Assembly: GCA_963815215.1 (NCBI GenBank)
Contig: CAWFFU010000011.1
Span: forward strand, 512,001 to 576,000
Direction of reading: 5' to 3'
Length of the DNA: 64,000 nt
Origin: an uncultured Trueperaceae bacterium
GTDB taxonomy: Bacteria > Deinococcota > Deinococci > Deinococcales > Trueperaceae
Every line of letters begins with the position of its first letter. Within the stretch, counting starts at the first letter, position 1. This document shows positions 46,401 to 56,988 of this stretch, piece after piece. A model generated the notes under the pieces. That model worked only from the letters and a program-made list of their open reading frames with translations, ran no database searches and was not told the origin of the DNA. The translations under genes and the position numbers were made by a program.

Positions 46401-49400
46401 TACGACACGCAGTCGCTGCAGCCGCTGCCCCCTCGGTACGTGTCGTTCGTGGATAGCGGCAACTTCCTCGCCTGCCTGGTGACCGTGAAGCACGGCTGCC
46501 TGGAGATCCTGCAACAACGTCCCGTGGAACGCTCGTCGTGGGCCGGCGTGGAGGTCCTGCTGGATCTGCTCGACGAGAACGCCACCTCGCTGCCGGGCGA
46601 CACATCGGCGATCGAGGCCGGTCTCGCCAACGTGCGAGAGAAGGTCGAGGCGCTGGAGGACGCGCCCGAACGCTGGTCCGACACGATCGACAGGCTCCTC
46701 GACGAGGACCTGCCGACCCTGAACGTGGCGATCCTCGACCTGGTACGTTCGACAGCGCCCCACATCGACCGCGAGGTCCTGTCCGAGCTCGCCATGTGGT
46801 CCGGGCGCCTACACGGCCACGCCGAGACCCTGCGACGCGAGCGCGACCTGTTCCTCCCTTGGCTGGCGCCGAATATCCGCACGCCCCGGCTCGACGCGCG
46901 CGCGGCCGAATGGCCGGCCTCGCCGACCTTCGCCGAGCTCGACGACATCTACGCGCGCATCCTCGGGACCCTGACCGGCACCGCCGAGCACGAAGATCAC
47001 CTGGAGGCCGGAGGCGACCCCCATACCGAAGACCTCCTGCGCCGCGCCGTGATCACGGCCGGCTCGGCGCTCGCCGACGTCTTGAGCACGGTCCGGAACG
47101 TCGTGGACGAGACCGAGCGCTACCTGCGCGAAGCCGATTTCGAGGCGCTCTACGATGCGCGCCGCAAGGTCTTCCGGATCGGCGTCCACGTGGACACGGG
47201 AAGGAACGACGAGCACGCCTACGATCTGCTGGCGTCCGAAGCGAGGATCGGCAGCTTCCTCGCCATCGCACTGGGGCGCGTACGCCAGGAACACTGGGTC
47301 CACCTGGGCCGGCCGTTCGCACTCGCCGGCGGGCGGCCCGTGCTGCAGTCGTGGAGCGGAAGCATGTTCGAGTACTTGATGCCATCGCTCATGATGCGGA
47401 CACCGCGTCACAGCCTGTTGGGTCAGGCGAGCCGCTCGGCCGTGCGGCGCCAGGTCGCCTTCGGCGCGGAACGCGCCATCCCGTGGGGCGTGTCCGAGTC
47501 CGGATACGCCCGGACCGACGCCAACGGGAACTATCAGTACCGAGCGTTCGGGGTGCCCGACCTCGCCCTCTCCCGTACCGAGACCGAGTCCCGCGTGATC
47601 GCTCCCTACGCGACCCTGATGGCGCTGCCGTTCGCACGGCGGGAGGCCGTGCGGAACCTGGAACGGATCGCCAAGGCCGGCGGCGTCGGGCGCTACGGCT
47701 TCTACGAGGCCATCGACTACACACCCGCCCACCTGCCGCTGGGCCGCCACGACAGCGTGGTTCGTTCGTTCATGGCACACCACCACGGCATGTCCCTGCT
47801 CGGGCTCTGCGCGGTCCTCGACGGGCCGAGGTTCGTCGACCGGTTCCATGCCGACGTGCGGGTCCAGAGCGCGGAGATCCTCCTGTACGAGACCGCCGTC
47901 GGCGTGCCGGCGTTGCGGCACGATCAAGGCAACGCACGGCCCGCCGAGCGGCGGCCGGCCCCGGAGCCGCTGCCCGTAGTTCCGCGCCAGATCCCCCCTC
48001 GAACGAGCGCGCCCCTGGTGAACGTTCTCTCCAACGGCCGCTACACCGTCTTCCTCAGTAACGCCGGCGGTGGAGGCTCTCGTTGGACAGGGATGGATCT
48101 CACCCGCTGGCGGGCCGACGCGACCCGGGATGCGTGCGGCACCTGGACGTACCTGCACGATCTCGAATCGGGGCGCCTATGGTCCACGACCCGGCAACCT
48201 ACCGGCGACGCCGACCAGGACGAGACGGTGTTCTTCCATCCTCACGCCGCGGAGTTCGTGCGGCGCGTCGATTCCATCGTCACCCGCCTCGACGTGACCG
48301 TCGACCCCGACGAGGACGCCGAGATCCGCCGCCTCGCCATCACGAATCAGGGCCCTGGCCCCCGTCGCCTGGCGATCACCAGTTACGGAGAAGTGGTGCT
48401 CGCCCCCCACGCCGCCGACTTGCGGCACCGCGCCTTCGGTGGCCTGTTCATCGAGAGCCGCTGGCTGCCGGAGGTCCACGGACTGCTGTTCCGCCGACGA
48501 CCTCGAGACGAGGGCGAGCACGCCTACTCGTTGCTGCACCGGCTGGTCACCGAGGACGGTCGACCGGAGAGCGTCGAGTACGAGAGCGATCGCGCCCGTT
48601 TCCTGGGCCGGCACGGTAGCGCGGAGCACCCCTCGGCTCTCCGGGCCGGCGCCCTGTCAGGAACCACCGGCGCGGTTCTCGATCCCGTGTTCGCCCTACG
48701 CACATCGCTCCTCGTCCCTCCCGGCGCGACCGTTCGCCTCGCCTTCGTGACGCTGGCGGGCACCGACGAGGCGACCGTGCGGACCGTCGCCCAGCGCTTC
48801 GGCCACTGGAACGCGATCGAGGCGGCGTTCCGCGACGCCCGCGCACACCAGATGACGGCGCTCGAACAGCTCGAGTTCGAAGGGACGGACTGGTGGACCG
48901 TCCAACGGCTCCGGTCCCACCTCCTCTACCCGAGCCACGCGATGCGCGCGCCGGCGCGGATCCTGCACGACAATCGCCTGGGCCAGTCGGACCTGTGGGG
49001 ATACGGGATCTCCGGCGACCACCCGATGGCGCTCGTCCGCGTGCGCGAGCCCGAAGACATGGACGTCGCACGCTTGCTGTTGAAGGCGCACCGGTACTGG
49101 CGTGAGCAGGGGTTCATGACCGAGCTGGTCCTTCTCGACGAACGGGACGACGGCTATCGGCAGACCACCCAGGGTCGCCTCAGGGCCCTCGTCCAAGCCG
49201 GCGGCCACGACGCCTGGATCGATCAGCCTGCCGGCATCTTCATCCTGGGAACGAACCGGATCGACGACGCGCACAAGGTCTTGCTGCTGACGGCGGCACG
49301 GCTGGTGGTGGGTGCCGGAGTTCCGCTCGAAGGAGCGTTGGCGCTGGCCCGCGACCGGAGCGAGCCCCGCCTTCCCACCCTGATGGCCACGCGCAGCGTC

Positions 49401-51893
49401 ACCGACACCGCCGAATCTCTGGCGCCGCTGCCGTCCTCGCAGACGCTCCACTTCGACAACACCCTGGGAGGATTCGCCGAGGAGGACCGCGAGTACCGGA
49501 TCGTTCAAGACGGGACCCCGACCCCGGCACCCTGGATCAACGTGCTGGCCAATCCCGACTTCGGCTGCCTCGTGAGCGAATCGGGGTCGAGCACCAGTTG
49601 GGCGGTCGACGGCGGAGAGAACCACCTCACGCCCTGGTCCAACGATCCGGTGGCGGATCCCAGCGGCGAAGTCCTCTACCTGCGCGACGAGGAGACGGCC
49701 GAGGTCTGGACCCCCACACCCCAGCCGATCCCCGGCGGCGCGCCGTACCAGGTGCACCATGCCGCCGGCTCCACTCGTTTCGACCACCGCAGTCACGATC
49801 TGGACCAGCACCTGCAGCTGTTCGTGCCGGACGATGCACCCCTGAAGGTGGTACGACTCCGGATCGAGAACCTTCTGCCGACGCCGCGGCGGCTCACCGT
49901 CACCTACTTCGCCGAATGGGTCCTGGGCACTACCCGCGAGGGTGCGCAGGCGTTCGTGATCCCGGAGTACGACGGCGAGCTCGAAGCGCTGCTGGCCCGC
50001 AATCCGTACCATCCGTCCTACCCGTCCCAGGTGGCCTTCCTGGTCGCCAGCCGTGTCCCGCACGGGCTCACCACCGATCGGGAGGAGTTCCTCGGTCGAG
50101 AGGGAAGTGTGGCCCGCCCGGCAGCCCTGACGCGTGTTGGCCTGTCCGGGCGCGTCGAGGCCGGTCGGGATCCCTGCGCAGCCCTGCAGGTCCACATCGA
50201 CCTTCCCGCCAACGGCAGCGACGAGGTGTTCTTCCTGCTGGGCGCAGGCACGGATCGCTCCGCGGCTCGGGACCTGATCCGCCGCTTCCGCGATCCCGCC
50301 CGACTCGATGCCGCTGCGGCGGCGCTGCAGCGAGCATGGGACGAACGTCTCGGCGCCGTCATCGTGCACACTCCCGATCCGGCGATGGACACGATGCTCA
50401 ATCGTTGGCTGCCGTACCAGACGATCGCCTGCCGGTTATGGGCCCGCGCAGCGTTCTACCAGGCCGGCGGCGCGTTCGGCTTCCGTGACCAGCTGCAGGA
50501 CGTCATGGCCGTCCTGCACGCCGCCCCCGAGCTGGCGCGGGCCCAGATCCTGCGCGCGGCCCGTCACCAGTTCGAAGAAGGCGACGTGCTCCACTGGTGG
50601 CATCCCGGCGCCACCCACGGGGTGCGAACACGCATCTCCGACGACCTCGCGTGGCTGCCGTTCGTGATCGAGCGTTACCTCGATCACACGGGTGACGACG
50701 CCATCCTGGACGAGAGTCTGCCGTTCTTGCACGCCGCCCCGCTGGAACCTGGGGAGAGCGAACGCTACGATCGGTCCCCGGAGACCGAGGACGGCTTCTC
50801 CCTGTACGAGCACGCCTGCCGAGCGCTGGACCGAGCCTGTACGGTGGGTCGCCACGGCCTACCGCTCATGGGAAGTGGCGACTGGAACGACGGTATGAAC
50901 CGGGTCGGCGTCGGCGGGATCGGGGAGAGTGTGTGGCTCGCCTGGTTCCTCATCGCGACGCTGCGGCGATTCGCGCCCCTGTGCGACGCCCGTGCCGACG
51001 CGACCCGCGCGGAGCGCTACCGGCGCCAGGCAGACGCCTACCGGACGGCCGCGGAAGCGCACGCCTGGGACGGTGACTGGTACCTGCGGGCCTTCTTCGA
51101 CGACGGCGCGACACTCGGTTCGCACCGGGACGAAGAGGCGAGGATCGACGCCATCGCCCAGTCCTGGTCGGTGCTCTCGGGAGCAGGCGATCCTGCGCGA
51201 TCCGCACGAGCGATGGCGTCGGTGGCCGAGCATCTGGTACGCCCGGACGACGGAATCGTGCTGCTGCTCACCCCGCCGTTCGACCACGGCACGGTCGATC
51301 CCGGATACATCCGGGGCTACCTGCCCGGCGTGCGGGAGAACGGCGGCCAGTACACCCATGCTGCGATCTGGACCGCGTGGGCGTTCGCGGCGCTCGGTGA
51401 CGGGGCCACCGCGCACCGCCTGTTCGACCTCCTCAACCCCATACGGCACGCCGACACGCCCGAGGCCGCCCAACGCTACAAGGTCGAGCCCTACGTGATC
51501 GCCGCCGACGTCTACGGCGTCCCGCCGCACGTCGGACGCGGCGGATGGAGCTGGTACACGGGGTCGTCCGGCTGGATGTACCGCCTGGGCATCGAGGCGA
51601 TCCTCGGTCTGCACCGCCACGCCGACGTGCTCGACATCCAGCCCTGCATCCCCCCGAGCTGGGACGGGTTCCAGGTGGACTATCGGCACGGCGCGAGCTC
51701 CTACCGGATCGAGGTGCTGAACCCACATCACGTCGCCCGCGGCGTGGAGGCGGTGACGGTCGACGGCCGCCTTCAAGCGGGAATGGGCGTGCCCCTGAGC
51801 GACGACGGTCGCGCCCACCGCGTGCTGGTCAGGATGCGGCAACCGGAAGCCGCCGCCCGGGCCGGGGAGCCCTCCGTCACCGGCCGAGGTTGA
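43467..51893 (+). CDS. ndvB: Cyclic beta-1,2-glucan synthase-like (NdvB/ChvB/Cgs: GT84, transglycosylase, GH94 phosphorylase), 2808 aa
   Basis: 'WERKRGKL', 'TLDTDT', 'SHDLFEG', 'RWVRGDWQ'; TM segment; 'TSPTNIG', '[11 protein letters not shown]', 'PWGVSES'; GH94 'GFRDQLQD', 'GDWNDGMN', 'RENGGQYTH'. Confidence 0.93.
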   Translation: MIDYTAAPPIDDETLEQHAEALAAMHEAAPCRGSPRHLRRRIEAVRERVRSLYKRLPSDEQRITSGQRWLLDNDYLVLRTLRQAGEDVSDAFLRVLPCVRRGAETNLRVAELIEAFMDRLGGRIEISVLQRFVDAYQRIVPLTLAELWALPALLRVTSLERLVEAADRELLSQHEIAGEEGSIADLVQGLHEIEQQDWTVFVESLSVIERRLRGDPAGIYAHMDLATRDAYRRVVEVIARRGGHPEADVAQEAVRLAGETANTHHVGTVLFGRERRRLEGRLGVRAGLGRLLRSWLRRIRAPIYLATIGALTAGFLAGTALLAASYGARASLPWLLAAFLAPATVAAETLVHFVIMRLLPPRTLPKLDFSDGVPDTARTLVAIPTLVSSESDVPWLFAQLERHAVGNRDPNIGFAVLTDLADAPERVMPDDAALLASLETHLEALRARHPAMRFYLMHRDRRWNPSEGCWMGWERKRGKLAELNAWLERGERGSFVLPESVPGGPTDYAFVVTLDTDTVLPPGAAARLAGTLAHPLVRPRFRDDGSLAQGYTVLQPRVDILPTDGPQSPFNSVFGGSSGVDLYARAVSDPYMDLFGEGIFVGKGIYDVAAVARVTRGKVPDNSILSHDLFEGGLGRAALVSDVIVLENYPATYLAYARRLHRWVRGDWQLLPWLGRKAPVPGGGRDANPLTRLTRWLILQNLIRSLSPPSLAVSLALVWTVVPGPAWAWTLLVLGVSAIPFLLGRLTRLTRSLRRKDRGASTWPAEARRWLADLAFLPATAAVSVSAIGLTLWRLIVSRRHLLSWHDAARTAREVRSHDGPVSTWREMALAPLAAVALAAIVAWSRSDALPVALPLLLAWLASPALAYRSGRSVEHVDPPLRSQQKRWLTTIARRTWFYFERFVGPGDHWLPPDHFQEEPRGVIAHRTSPTNIGLLLTSTLAANDLGFLDARTALQRIGNTFATLATLERSRGHLLNWYDTQSLQPLPPRYVSFVDSGNFLACLVTVKHGCLEILQQRPVERSSWAGVEVLLDLLDENATSLPGDTSAIEAGLANVREKVEALEDAPERWSDTIDRLLDEDLPTLNVAILDLVRSTAPHIDREVLSELAMWSGRLHGHAETLRRERDLFLPWLAPNIRTPRLDARAAEWPASPTFAELDDIYARILGTLTGTAEHEDHLEAGGDPHTEDLLRRAVITAGSALADVLSTVRNVVDETERYLREADFEALYDARRKVFRIGVHVDTGRNDEHAYDLLASEARIGSFLAIALGRVRQEHWVHLGRPFALAGGRPVLQSWSGSMFEYLMPSLMMRTPRHSLLGQASRSAVRRQVAFGAERAIPWGVSESGYARTDANGNYQYRAFGVPDLALSRTETESRVIAPYATLMALPFARREAVRNLERIAKAGGVGRYGFYEAIDYTPAHLPLGRHDSVVRSFMAHHHGMSLLGLCAVLDGPRFVDRFHADVRVQSAEILLYETAVGVPALRHDQGNARPAERRPAPEPLPVVPRQIPPRTSAPLVNVLSNGRYTVFLSNAGGGGSRWTGMDLTRWRADATRDACGTWTYLHDLESGRLWSTTRQPTGDADQDETVFFHPHAAEFVRRVDSIVTRLDVTVDPDEDAEIRRLAITNQGPGPRRLAITSYGEVVLAPHAADLRHRAFGGLFIESRWLPEVHGLLFRRRPRDEGEHAYSLLHRLVTEDGRPESVEYESDRARFLGRHGSAEHPSALRAGALSGTTGAVLDPVFALRTSLLVPPGATVRLAFVTLAGTDEATVRTVAQRFGHWNAIEAAFRDARAHQMTALEQLEFEGTDWWTVQRLRSHLLYPSHAMRAPARILHDNRLGQSDLWGYGISGDHPMALVRVREPEDMDVARLLLKAHRYWREQGFMTELVLLDERDDGYRQTTQGRLRALVQAGGHDAWIDQPAGIFILGTNRIDDAHKVLLLTAARLVVGAGVPLEGALALARDRSEPRLPTLMATRSVTDTAESLAPLPSSQTLHFDNTLGGFAEEDREYRIVQDGTPTPAPWINVLANPDFGCLVSESGSSTSWAVDGGENHLTPWSNDPVADPSGEVLYLRDEETAEVWTPTPQPIPGGAPYQVHHAAGSTRFDHRSHDLDQHLQLFVPDDAPLKVVRLRIENLLPTPRRLTVTYFAEWVLGTTREGAQAFVIPEYDGELEALLARNPYHPSYPSQVAFLVASRVPHGLTTDREEFLGREGSVARPAALTRVGLSGRVEAGRDPCAALQVHIDLPANGSDEVFFLLGAGTDRSAARDLIRRFRDPARLDAAAAALQRAWDERLGAVIVHTPDPAMDTMLNRWLPYQTIACRLWARAAFYQAGGAFGFRDQLQDVMAVLHAAPELARAQILRAARHQFEEGDVLHWWHPGATHGVRTRISDDLAWLPFVIERYLDHTGDDAILDESLPFLHAAPLEPGESERYDRSPETEDGFSLYEHACRALDRACTVGRHGLPLMGSGDWNDGMNRVGVGGIGESVWLAWFLIATLRRFAPLCDARADATRAERYRRQADAYRTAAEAHAWDGDWYLRAFFDDGATLGSHRDEEARIDAIAQSWSVLSGAGDPARSARAMASVAEHLVRPDDGIVLLLTPPFDHGTVDPGYIRGYLPGVRENGGQYTHAAIWTAWAFAALGDGATAHRLFDLLNPIRHADTPEAAQRYKVEPYVIAADVYGVPPHVGRGGWSWYTGSSGWMYRLGIEAILGLHRHADVLDIQPCIPPSWDGFQVDYRHGASSYRIEVLNPHHVARGVEAVTVDGRLQAGMGVPLSDDGRAHRVLVRMRQPEAAARAGEPSVTGRG

Positions 51894-52235
51894 GGCTCGC
51901 GGCGCCATGCCGGCACCGCTATGCCCGGCCGAACCTCGGTGCACGACGAGCGGGCCGGCACCCGGGGCCCGGCATGGCAGCCGCCACCGGAACGCTGGGG
52001 TCCTGGCCCCTGGCCGTCGCCGGCCGAACCCGCTACGGTATCGGTGTAGGGAGCTGGCAACGCGCACTAAGGAGGCCCGTCAGGCGGCGTCTCCTCGATG
52101 GTGTAGCGCGATTCTTGGCTCCCTTCGGGGGCGCAGAAGTCGGGAGATGGCGGATGCACGTCGGCGTGGACCTCCTCGCAGCCATGATGCTGGCGCGGGA
52201 CGCGGCGACGTGCGGGGGATCCGGGAGGCGCGTCC

Positions 52236-53324
52236 ATGGACGAGGCAACGAGGGCTGCATCCGATTTCGCGGGTTGGCAAGAACTCGTCCGCAGGTACCA
52301 GCAACCCGACCTGAGAACGAGCCTGTGGCAGATCGTGAACTCCTTCGGCGGCCTGTTCCTGACAACCGGTCTGATGATCCTGTCGCTGCGCGTGGGCTAC
52401 TGGCTCACGCTGCTGCTGGCCGTCCCTGCCGCCGGCTTCCTGGTCCGCATCTTCATCATCCAGCACGACTGCGGGCACGGCTCGTTCTTCGAGTCCAGAC
52501 GGGCCAACGACATCGTCGGCGCGGCGAGCGGGGTCCTGACGATGGTGCCCTACCGCTTCTGGCGTAAGACCCACGCGATCCACCACGCCCACCACGCCGA
52601 GCTCGAGGAGCGTGGCATCGGTGACGTGTGGACGATGACCGTGCGGGAGTACGAGGCGGCGCCCTGGCGGGTGCGGGCGGTCTACCGCGTGTTCCGCCAC
52701 CCGCTGTTCCTGTTCACGGTGGCGCCCGCTGTGAACTTCATCGTCCTCCAACGCCTCCCGCTCAAGGGTGACCCCAGGTGGCGCACCGGCGAGACGGCCT
52801 CGGTCTGGTGGACCGACGTGGCGATCGTGGCGCTGCTGGGTACGGCGAGCCTCGCTCTCGGCGTGCTGACGGTGGTGTCGATCGTGCTACCCATCATGGT
52901 GATCGCCGCGAGCGCGGGCACCTGGCTCTTCTACGTGCAGCACCAGTTCGAACGAACCTACTGGGAGCACACGCCAAGGTGGAACTACGTGCTCGCCGCC
53001 ATGAAGGGCAGCTCGTACTACGCGCTACCGCGAGTGCTGCAGTGGTTCACGGGCAACATCGGCTTCCACCACATCCACCACCTCAGCCCCCGCATCCCCA
53101 ACTACAACCTGCAGAAGTGCCACGACGAGAACCCGGTCCTCCAGACCGCGCCCGCGCTCACGCTCGCCGCCAGCCTCAAGACGGCCGCCCTGAACCTGTG
53201 GGATGAAGACCGGCATCGCCTCGTCTCCTTCCGCGAAGCGAAGCGCGCCGCGGAATCCGGTAGCAGGAAAGCGCGAACGGCGGAGAACACCGCCGCCGAG
53301 CCACGCACCCCGCGACAGATCTAG
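52236..53324 (+). CDS. Membrane fatty acid desaturase (Bacillus Des-like)
   Basis: Three His boxes: 'HDCGH', 'HAIHH', 'HHIHH'; 'LFYVQHQFE'; SD GGGAGG. Confidence 0.93.
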   Translation: MDEATRAASDFAGWQELVRRYQQPDLRTSLWQIVNSFGGLFLTTGLMILSLRVGYWLTLLLAVPAAGFLVRIFIIQHDCGHGSFFESRRANDIVGAASGVLTMVPYRFWRKTHAIHHAHHAELEERGIGDVWTMTVREYEAAPWRVRAVYRVFRHPLFLFTVAPAVNFIVLQRLPLKGDPRWRTGETASVWWTDVAIVALLGTASLALGVLTVVSIVLPIMVIAASAGTWLFYVQHQFERTYWEHTPRWNYVLAAMKGSSYYALPRVLQWFTGNIGFHHIHHLSPRIPNYNLQKCHDENPVLQTAPALTLAASLKTAALNLWDEDRHRLVSFREAKRAAESGSRKARTAENTAAEPRTPRQI

Positions 53325-53346
53325 GGACGCCGCCGTCGGCCGAACA

Positions 53347-54516
53347 TCAGTAGCCGACCAGGCCTCGCTCCCTGGCCCACACGATGGCATCGGCGCGCGA
53401 GTGCAGCCCGAGCTTGTCGTAGATGCTGGTGATGTAGTTCCGCACGGTCTGCTCCTTGATCCCCAGCTCTTCTGCGATGTCGCGATTGTTGCGGCCGGAT
53501 GCCACCCGCTCCAAGACCTGCCGCTCGCGCTGGGTGAGCTCGGCCACCGCCGCGGAGCTCGGCCGATCCCCCTGCCTCCCCCTGATCTGCGCGATCTTCT
53601 CCAGCAGCGACCGACTGAACCACGCGGTATCGGTCATCACCTCCTGCACGGCCCGCATCAGCTCTTCCTCGCTCCTCTTGCGCTCGCTGACGTCCTCGAT
53701 GTATAGGGTGAGGCCCTCCGCGCCCGAGTACGCCCGCACCTGCATCCAGGCGCCCAGGGAAGGCACATGGGTCTCGAAGGTTACGGGCTCGGGGCTCGCT
53801 TTCGCGCCACGGTAGCGCTGCGCCAAGGGGCTATCGCGCCCGCCCGGGAAGATGTCCCACACCGACATCCCGATCAGATCCGCGGGCACCTTCCCCGTCA
53901 ACTGCGCGATCAGCTCCTCGCCTCGCGGGTTCAGGTAGGTCAAGCGATCGTCGCGGTCGACCGTCACGAACCCGTCGGAGATGCTCCGCAGGATCGCCGC
54001 GACATGCGTCTGCTCGGCCACGACGGCATCGCGAGAGGCCCGGAGCTCGGTGGTGCGCTCGGCCACCCGCGCCTCGAGATCCTGAGCGATACGCTCCTGC
54101 CGGCCCAGCAGGTCCCGTACCTGGAACTGACGTCGTCGCGCCCGGATCGCGGCGCGCACCACCGTGACGAGGCTCGACGGGTGGACGGGACGGAAGAGCA
54201 CCGTCGTGTTGCCGCCGTCGACCAACTCGTCCGGTCCGTGCCAGGGCGCGTCGAGCAACAGGACGATGGGCAGGTCCGACCAGGCGGCCTGCGTCTCGTT
54301 CGCCTCCCTCAGGACGGCCGCCGTTGCCGTGGTCAGGGCCTCCCCGGAGAGAACCACGGCACCGGATCCCTCGTGCAGCCGGCGCCGCAACTCCGCGGTG
54401 TCGGCACAGGGAGCGGTAGCGAGGCCCGCCCGCGACAGCGCGCCGCACAGTAGGACGGCGTCCCGGCCCAACGGGGCGAACACGAGAACGCGCAGCTCGT
54501 GGGAGCTAGTGCTCAT
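53347..54516 (-). CDS. Transcriptional regulator: degenerate REC-like domain, coiled coil, PAS, LuxR HTH
   Basis: N-term 'RVLVFAPLGRDA...WSDLPIV...RARRRQFQVRD'; PAS 'ILRSISDGFVTVDRDDRLTYLN'; LuxR 'LTQRERQVL...NRDIAEEL...TVRNY...IYDKL'. Confidence 0.88.
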   Translation of the reverse strand: MSTSSHELRVLVFAPLGRDAVLLCGALSRAGLATAPCADTAELRRRLHEGSGAVVLSGEALTTATAAVLREANETQAAWSDLPIVLLLDAPWHGPDELVDGGNTTVLFRPVHPSSLVTVVRAAIRARRRQFQVRDLLGRQERIAQDLEARVAERTTELRASRDAVVAEQTHVAAILRSISDGFVTVDRDDRLTYLNPRGEELIAQLTGKVPADLIGMSVWDIFPGGRDSPLAQRYRGAKASPEPVTFETHVPSLGAWMQVRAYSGAEGLTLYIEDVSERKRSEEELMRAVQEVMTDTAWFSRSLLEKIAQIRGRQGDRPSSAAVAELTQRERQVLERVASGRNNRDIAEELGIKEQTVRNYITSIYDKLGLHSRADAIVWARERGLVGY

Positions 54517-56011
54517 CGCGGTCGGCGTCGAGGTCGTGTGGCTCGAGGACCGGGGTCCCGGAGAGCACGTTCCTGAAGCCGACGAGAGGTTCGCCCACGG
54601 TGATGCCCTTCTTGGTCAACTCCAGCTCCCGGATCGTCGACTCGTGTGCTCCACTGCGCTTCTTGATGACCGAGACCGCCCTACGGAGGCGACCCTCGGT
54701 CTCGAAGTGACGGAGCAGCAGCACGACATCGGCCAGATAACTGATGTCGAGCGGGATGATCTCCTCGCTTCCGATCATCCCTCCCTGCGCCATGATCAGG
54801 AGCGTCAGCACGCCGCGCCGGCTCAGGTAGGCAAGGAGCTCGTGCATCTGGGTGACGAGCAGGGCCTCCTGTGGCATCGCGTTCAGGTAACCGGTCAGGC
54901 TGTCGATCACCACGACCTTGGCCCCGTCTTCCTCGACGACCTTGCGCACCCTGTGGGCGAACTCACCGGGGGAGATCTCGCCCGTGTTGATCTGCTCAAG
55001 GTGCACGAGGCCGGAATCGACGAAGGGCCGGATGCTGATGCCCAGGCCCTCGGCCCGCCGCAGCAGACTCTCGGGACGCTCATCGAACATGAAGATCGCG
55101 GAGCTATCGCCTCGCTTCGCAGCGGAATAGACATATTGAGTGGCGATGGAGGTCTTGCCGGTGCCGGTCGGCCCCAGCACGAGGCAGGCGGAACCCCCCT
55201 CGAGACCGCCCCCGAGCAGGGTGTCGAGGGCCTCCACGCCACTGAGCAACGCACGGCCGTTGGAGGACTCGTTCGATCCCAACGTTTCGAGGCGCGGATG
55301 CACCTCCAACCCGCCCGTCCGGATGCGGAAGCTATGGTAGCCCGCCTGGAACTGCATGCCGCGTCCCTTGACCATCTCGAGCTGGCGCCTGACCGTGCCG
55401 TACTCCGGAGACCACCGTTCGAGCGAGAGGATGCCGTGAACCAGACCCTCGAGCTCGGACTCGCCATCCGGCGATGGACCGGTCAGGAACAGGCTGGTGC
55501 ACGGAAAATCCGTGAACGCCTGCTTGAGGATGAGGAGCTGCCTGCGGTACCTCAGCCGGCTGGCGGTGAGCAGCCGGATCTGTTCGACGGGGTCGAGCAC
55601 CAGCCGCTGCGGCTGAACGCTCCTGACGGTCGTCAGGATCGTTTCGATCGTCTCGCCGAGCTCCACCTCGTCCGTGTGGAACACCGTCTGATCGGCCGAC
55701 ATGCGGTCGGCCGCCTCGCCCGCAGAGAACTCGAAAACGGGTAGGTCATCGAGCGACCAATCGTGGGAACGTGCGATCTCCCGAAGCTCACGTTCGCTAT
55801 GCGATAGCGTCACGTAGAGCACCCGCTCGCCCAGCCGTACCCCCTCGAGCAGGAACTGCAGCCCCAACGTGGTCTTCCCCGTGCCCGGCGCACCCTGCAC
55901 GAGATAGATCCACTCGCGCGGGAGGCCGCCCTCCAGGATGGTGTCGAGCCCCCCGATACCAGTTGCCGCACGGCCGTTGTGGGCAGGTTGGCCGGATCCT
56001 CGATCCTTCAT
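54506..56011 (-). CDS. KaiC-like double-domain RecA-type ATPase
   Basis: Two Walker A motifs 'GAPGTGKT' and 'GPTGTGKT'; 'VVIDSLTG'; 'ISYLAD'; 'IKKRSGAHE'. Confidence 0.93.
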   Translation of the reverse strand: MKDRGSGQPAHNGRAATGIGGLDTILEGGLPREWIYLVQGAPGTGKTTLGLQFLLEGVRLGERVLYVTLSHSERELREIARSHDWSLDDLPVFEFSAGEAADRMSADQTVFHTDEVELGETIETILTTVRSVQPQRLVLDPVEQIRLLTASRLRYRRQLLILKQAFTDFPCTSLFLTGPSPDGESELEGLVHGILSLERWSPEYGTVRRQLEMVKGRGMQFQAGYHSFRIRTGGLEVHPRLETLGSNESSNGRALLSGVEALDTLLGGGLEGGSACLVLGPTGTGKTSIATQYVYSAAKRGDSSAIFMFDERPESLLRRAEGLGISIRPFVDSGLVHLEQINTGEISPGEFAHRVRKVVEEDGAKVVVIDSLTGYLNAMPQEALLVTQMHELLAYLSRRGVLTLLIMAQGGMIGSEEIIPLDISYLADVVLLLRHFETEGRLRRAVSVIKKRSGAHESTIRELELTKKGITVGEPLVGFRNVLSGTPVLEPHDLDADRDEH

Positions 56012-56017
56012 GGATCG

Positions 56018-56023
56018 ATGATA
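56018..56023 (-). promoter_or_regulatory. Leaderless -10 element (TATCAT) of the kaiC-like gene
   Basis: TATCAT, 6 nt, then ATG 56011; no SD. Confidence 0.55.
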
Positions 56024-56089
56024 GGGCTTCGCCGCGCACCGCGCCAAGGGACCCTCACGTCCATGAGATGTGAGGTCGGCCCCGAACCG

Positions 56090-56317
56090 CTAGTGGCAGT
56101 CCCGTGAGCTCTTGCACTGGCACCGGTTGCCGGCCCGTCGCAGAGCCTCCTGGCGGGTAGGCTCCGTGAACGGCTCCGGCGTCGGCCCTGAAAGGCCGTA
56201 GAACGGCGTCTTCTCGAGGCAAGGCCGACACAACACCATTGCGTTGGATATGCGGTTGCCCTTGCCGCGCTGCTTGTGATGCACGACGAGATCGTCGCGT
56301 CTGTTGCACCTCGACAT
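56090..56317 (-). CDS. 75-aa HNH-like zinc-finger mini-protein
   Basis: SD AGGAG and -10 CATAAT (56376-56371); 'VHHKQRGKGNRISNAMVLCRPC'; C-term 'ALRRAGNRCQCKSSRDCH'. Confidence 0.7.
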   Translation of the reverse strand: MSRCNRRDDLVVHHKQRGKGNRISNAMVLCRPCLEKTPFYGLSGPTPEPFTEPTRQEALRRAGNRCQCKSSRDCH

Positions 56318-56988
56318 GGCGGTTCTCCTGCCCTCACTCTGGATTGGAGACGCCCTCGTCCCCATCCCCCATTATGTGCAGGGATCGGGCTGCCGGACCC
56401 CCACGCGACACGTCCTCCGAACTGGTGTCACGACCCCACCCCGGATGGCCATAACGCCTCTGGTCGGTGGCATGCCGCGGGCCTAGGCTTGCTGTTGAAC
56501 ACGCTGGCATCACCGTTCGCGCACAGCCGGACCGTGCCGGCAACGATGGGGGGAGCCTGATTCGGCAGCCCGTCAACGAGACCCGGAGGACCCTCCTCCG
56601 ATACCGGCGCGGAGCCTCCGTCACGAACCGGGGGAGCGCCGCCGACGCATCGCCCCAGCGCCGCCGGAGCGATCGGTATCGCCTGCGCCCAAGACGTCCC
56701 CTCTCCCGCGACCTCGGGCCGAGTCCTCCCACCCGGTTCGGGGTCGCCCTCGGCGACGAGGAAGTACACGTACCAGGCGGAGGAACGGGACCCTCTCCAA
56801 GTGGCGAAGCGGGACGCTCACGGTGGTACGCACCCGAACGGGATGGGGCCACGACGCCACTGCGGCAGGGCTCGCGGAGTCTACCCCCGCGAACACCCAG
56901 GCCGTAGCGTGGGTCCGTGGAGTCGCAGGTTCGCCTTGGCCCAACACGCCGAACGAAGCCTGCGAGCAATCGGAAGGAGGTCCGGACG

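Noticed and set aside
51907..52314. 135-aa ORF or thermosensor upstream of the desaturase
   Set aside because: No family motifs and it overlaps the desaturase start; the AGGAGG/TCTCCT pairing near 52070-52096 is too far from the start codon to interpret.
54506..56011. True circadian clock (kaiABC)
   Set aside because: No kaiA or kaiB in the window and SY instead of ST sites; treated as an orphan KaiC-like signalling ATPase.
56760..56880. c-di-GMP-I riboswitch upstream of the GGDEF gene (GGGACGC seen)
   Set aside because: It lacks the GGCAAAC...GAAA tetraloop and GCAAAG consensus context.
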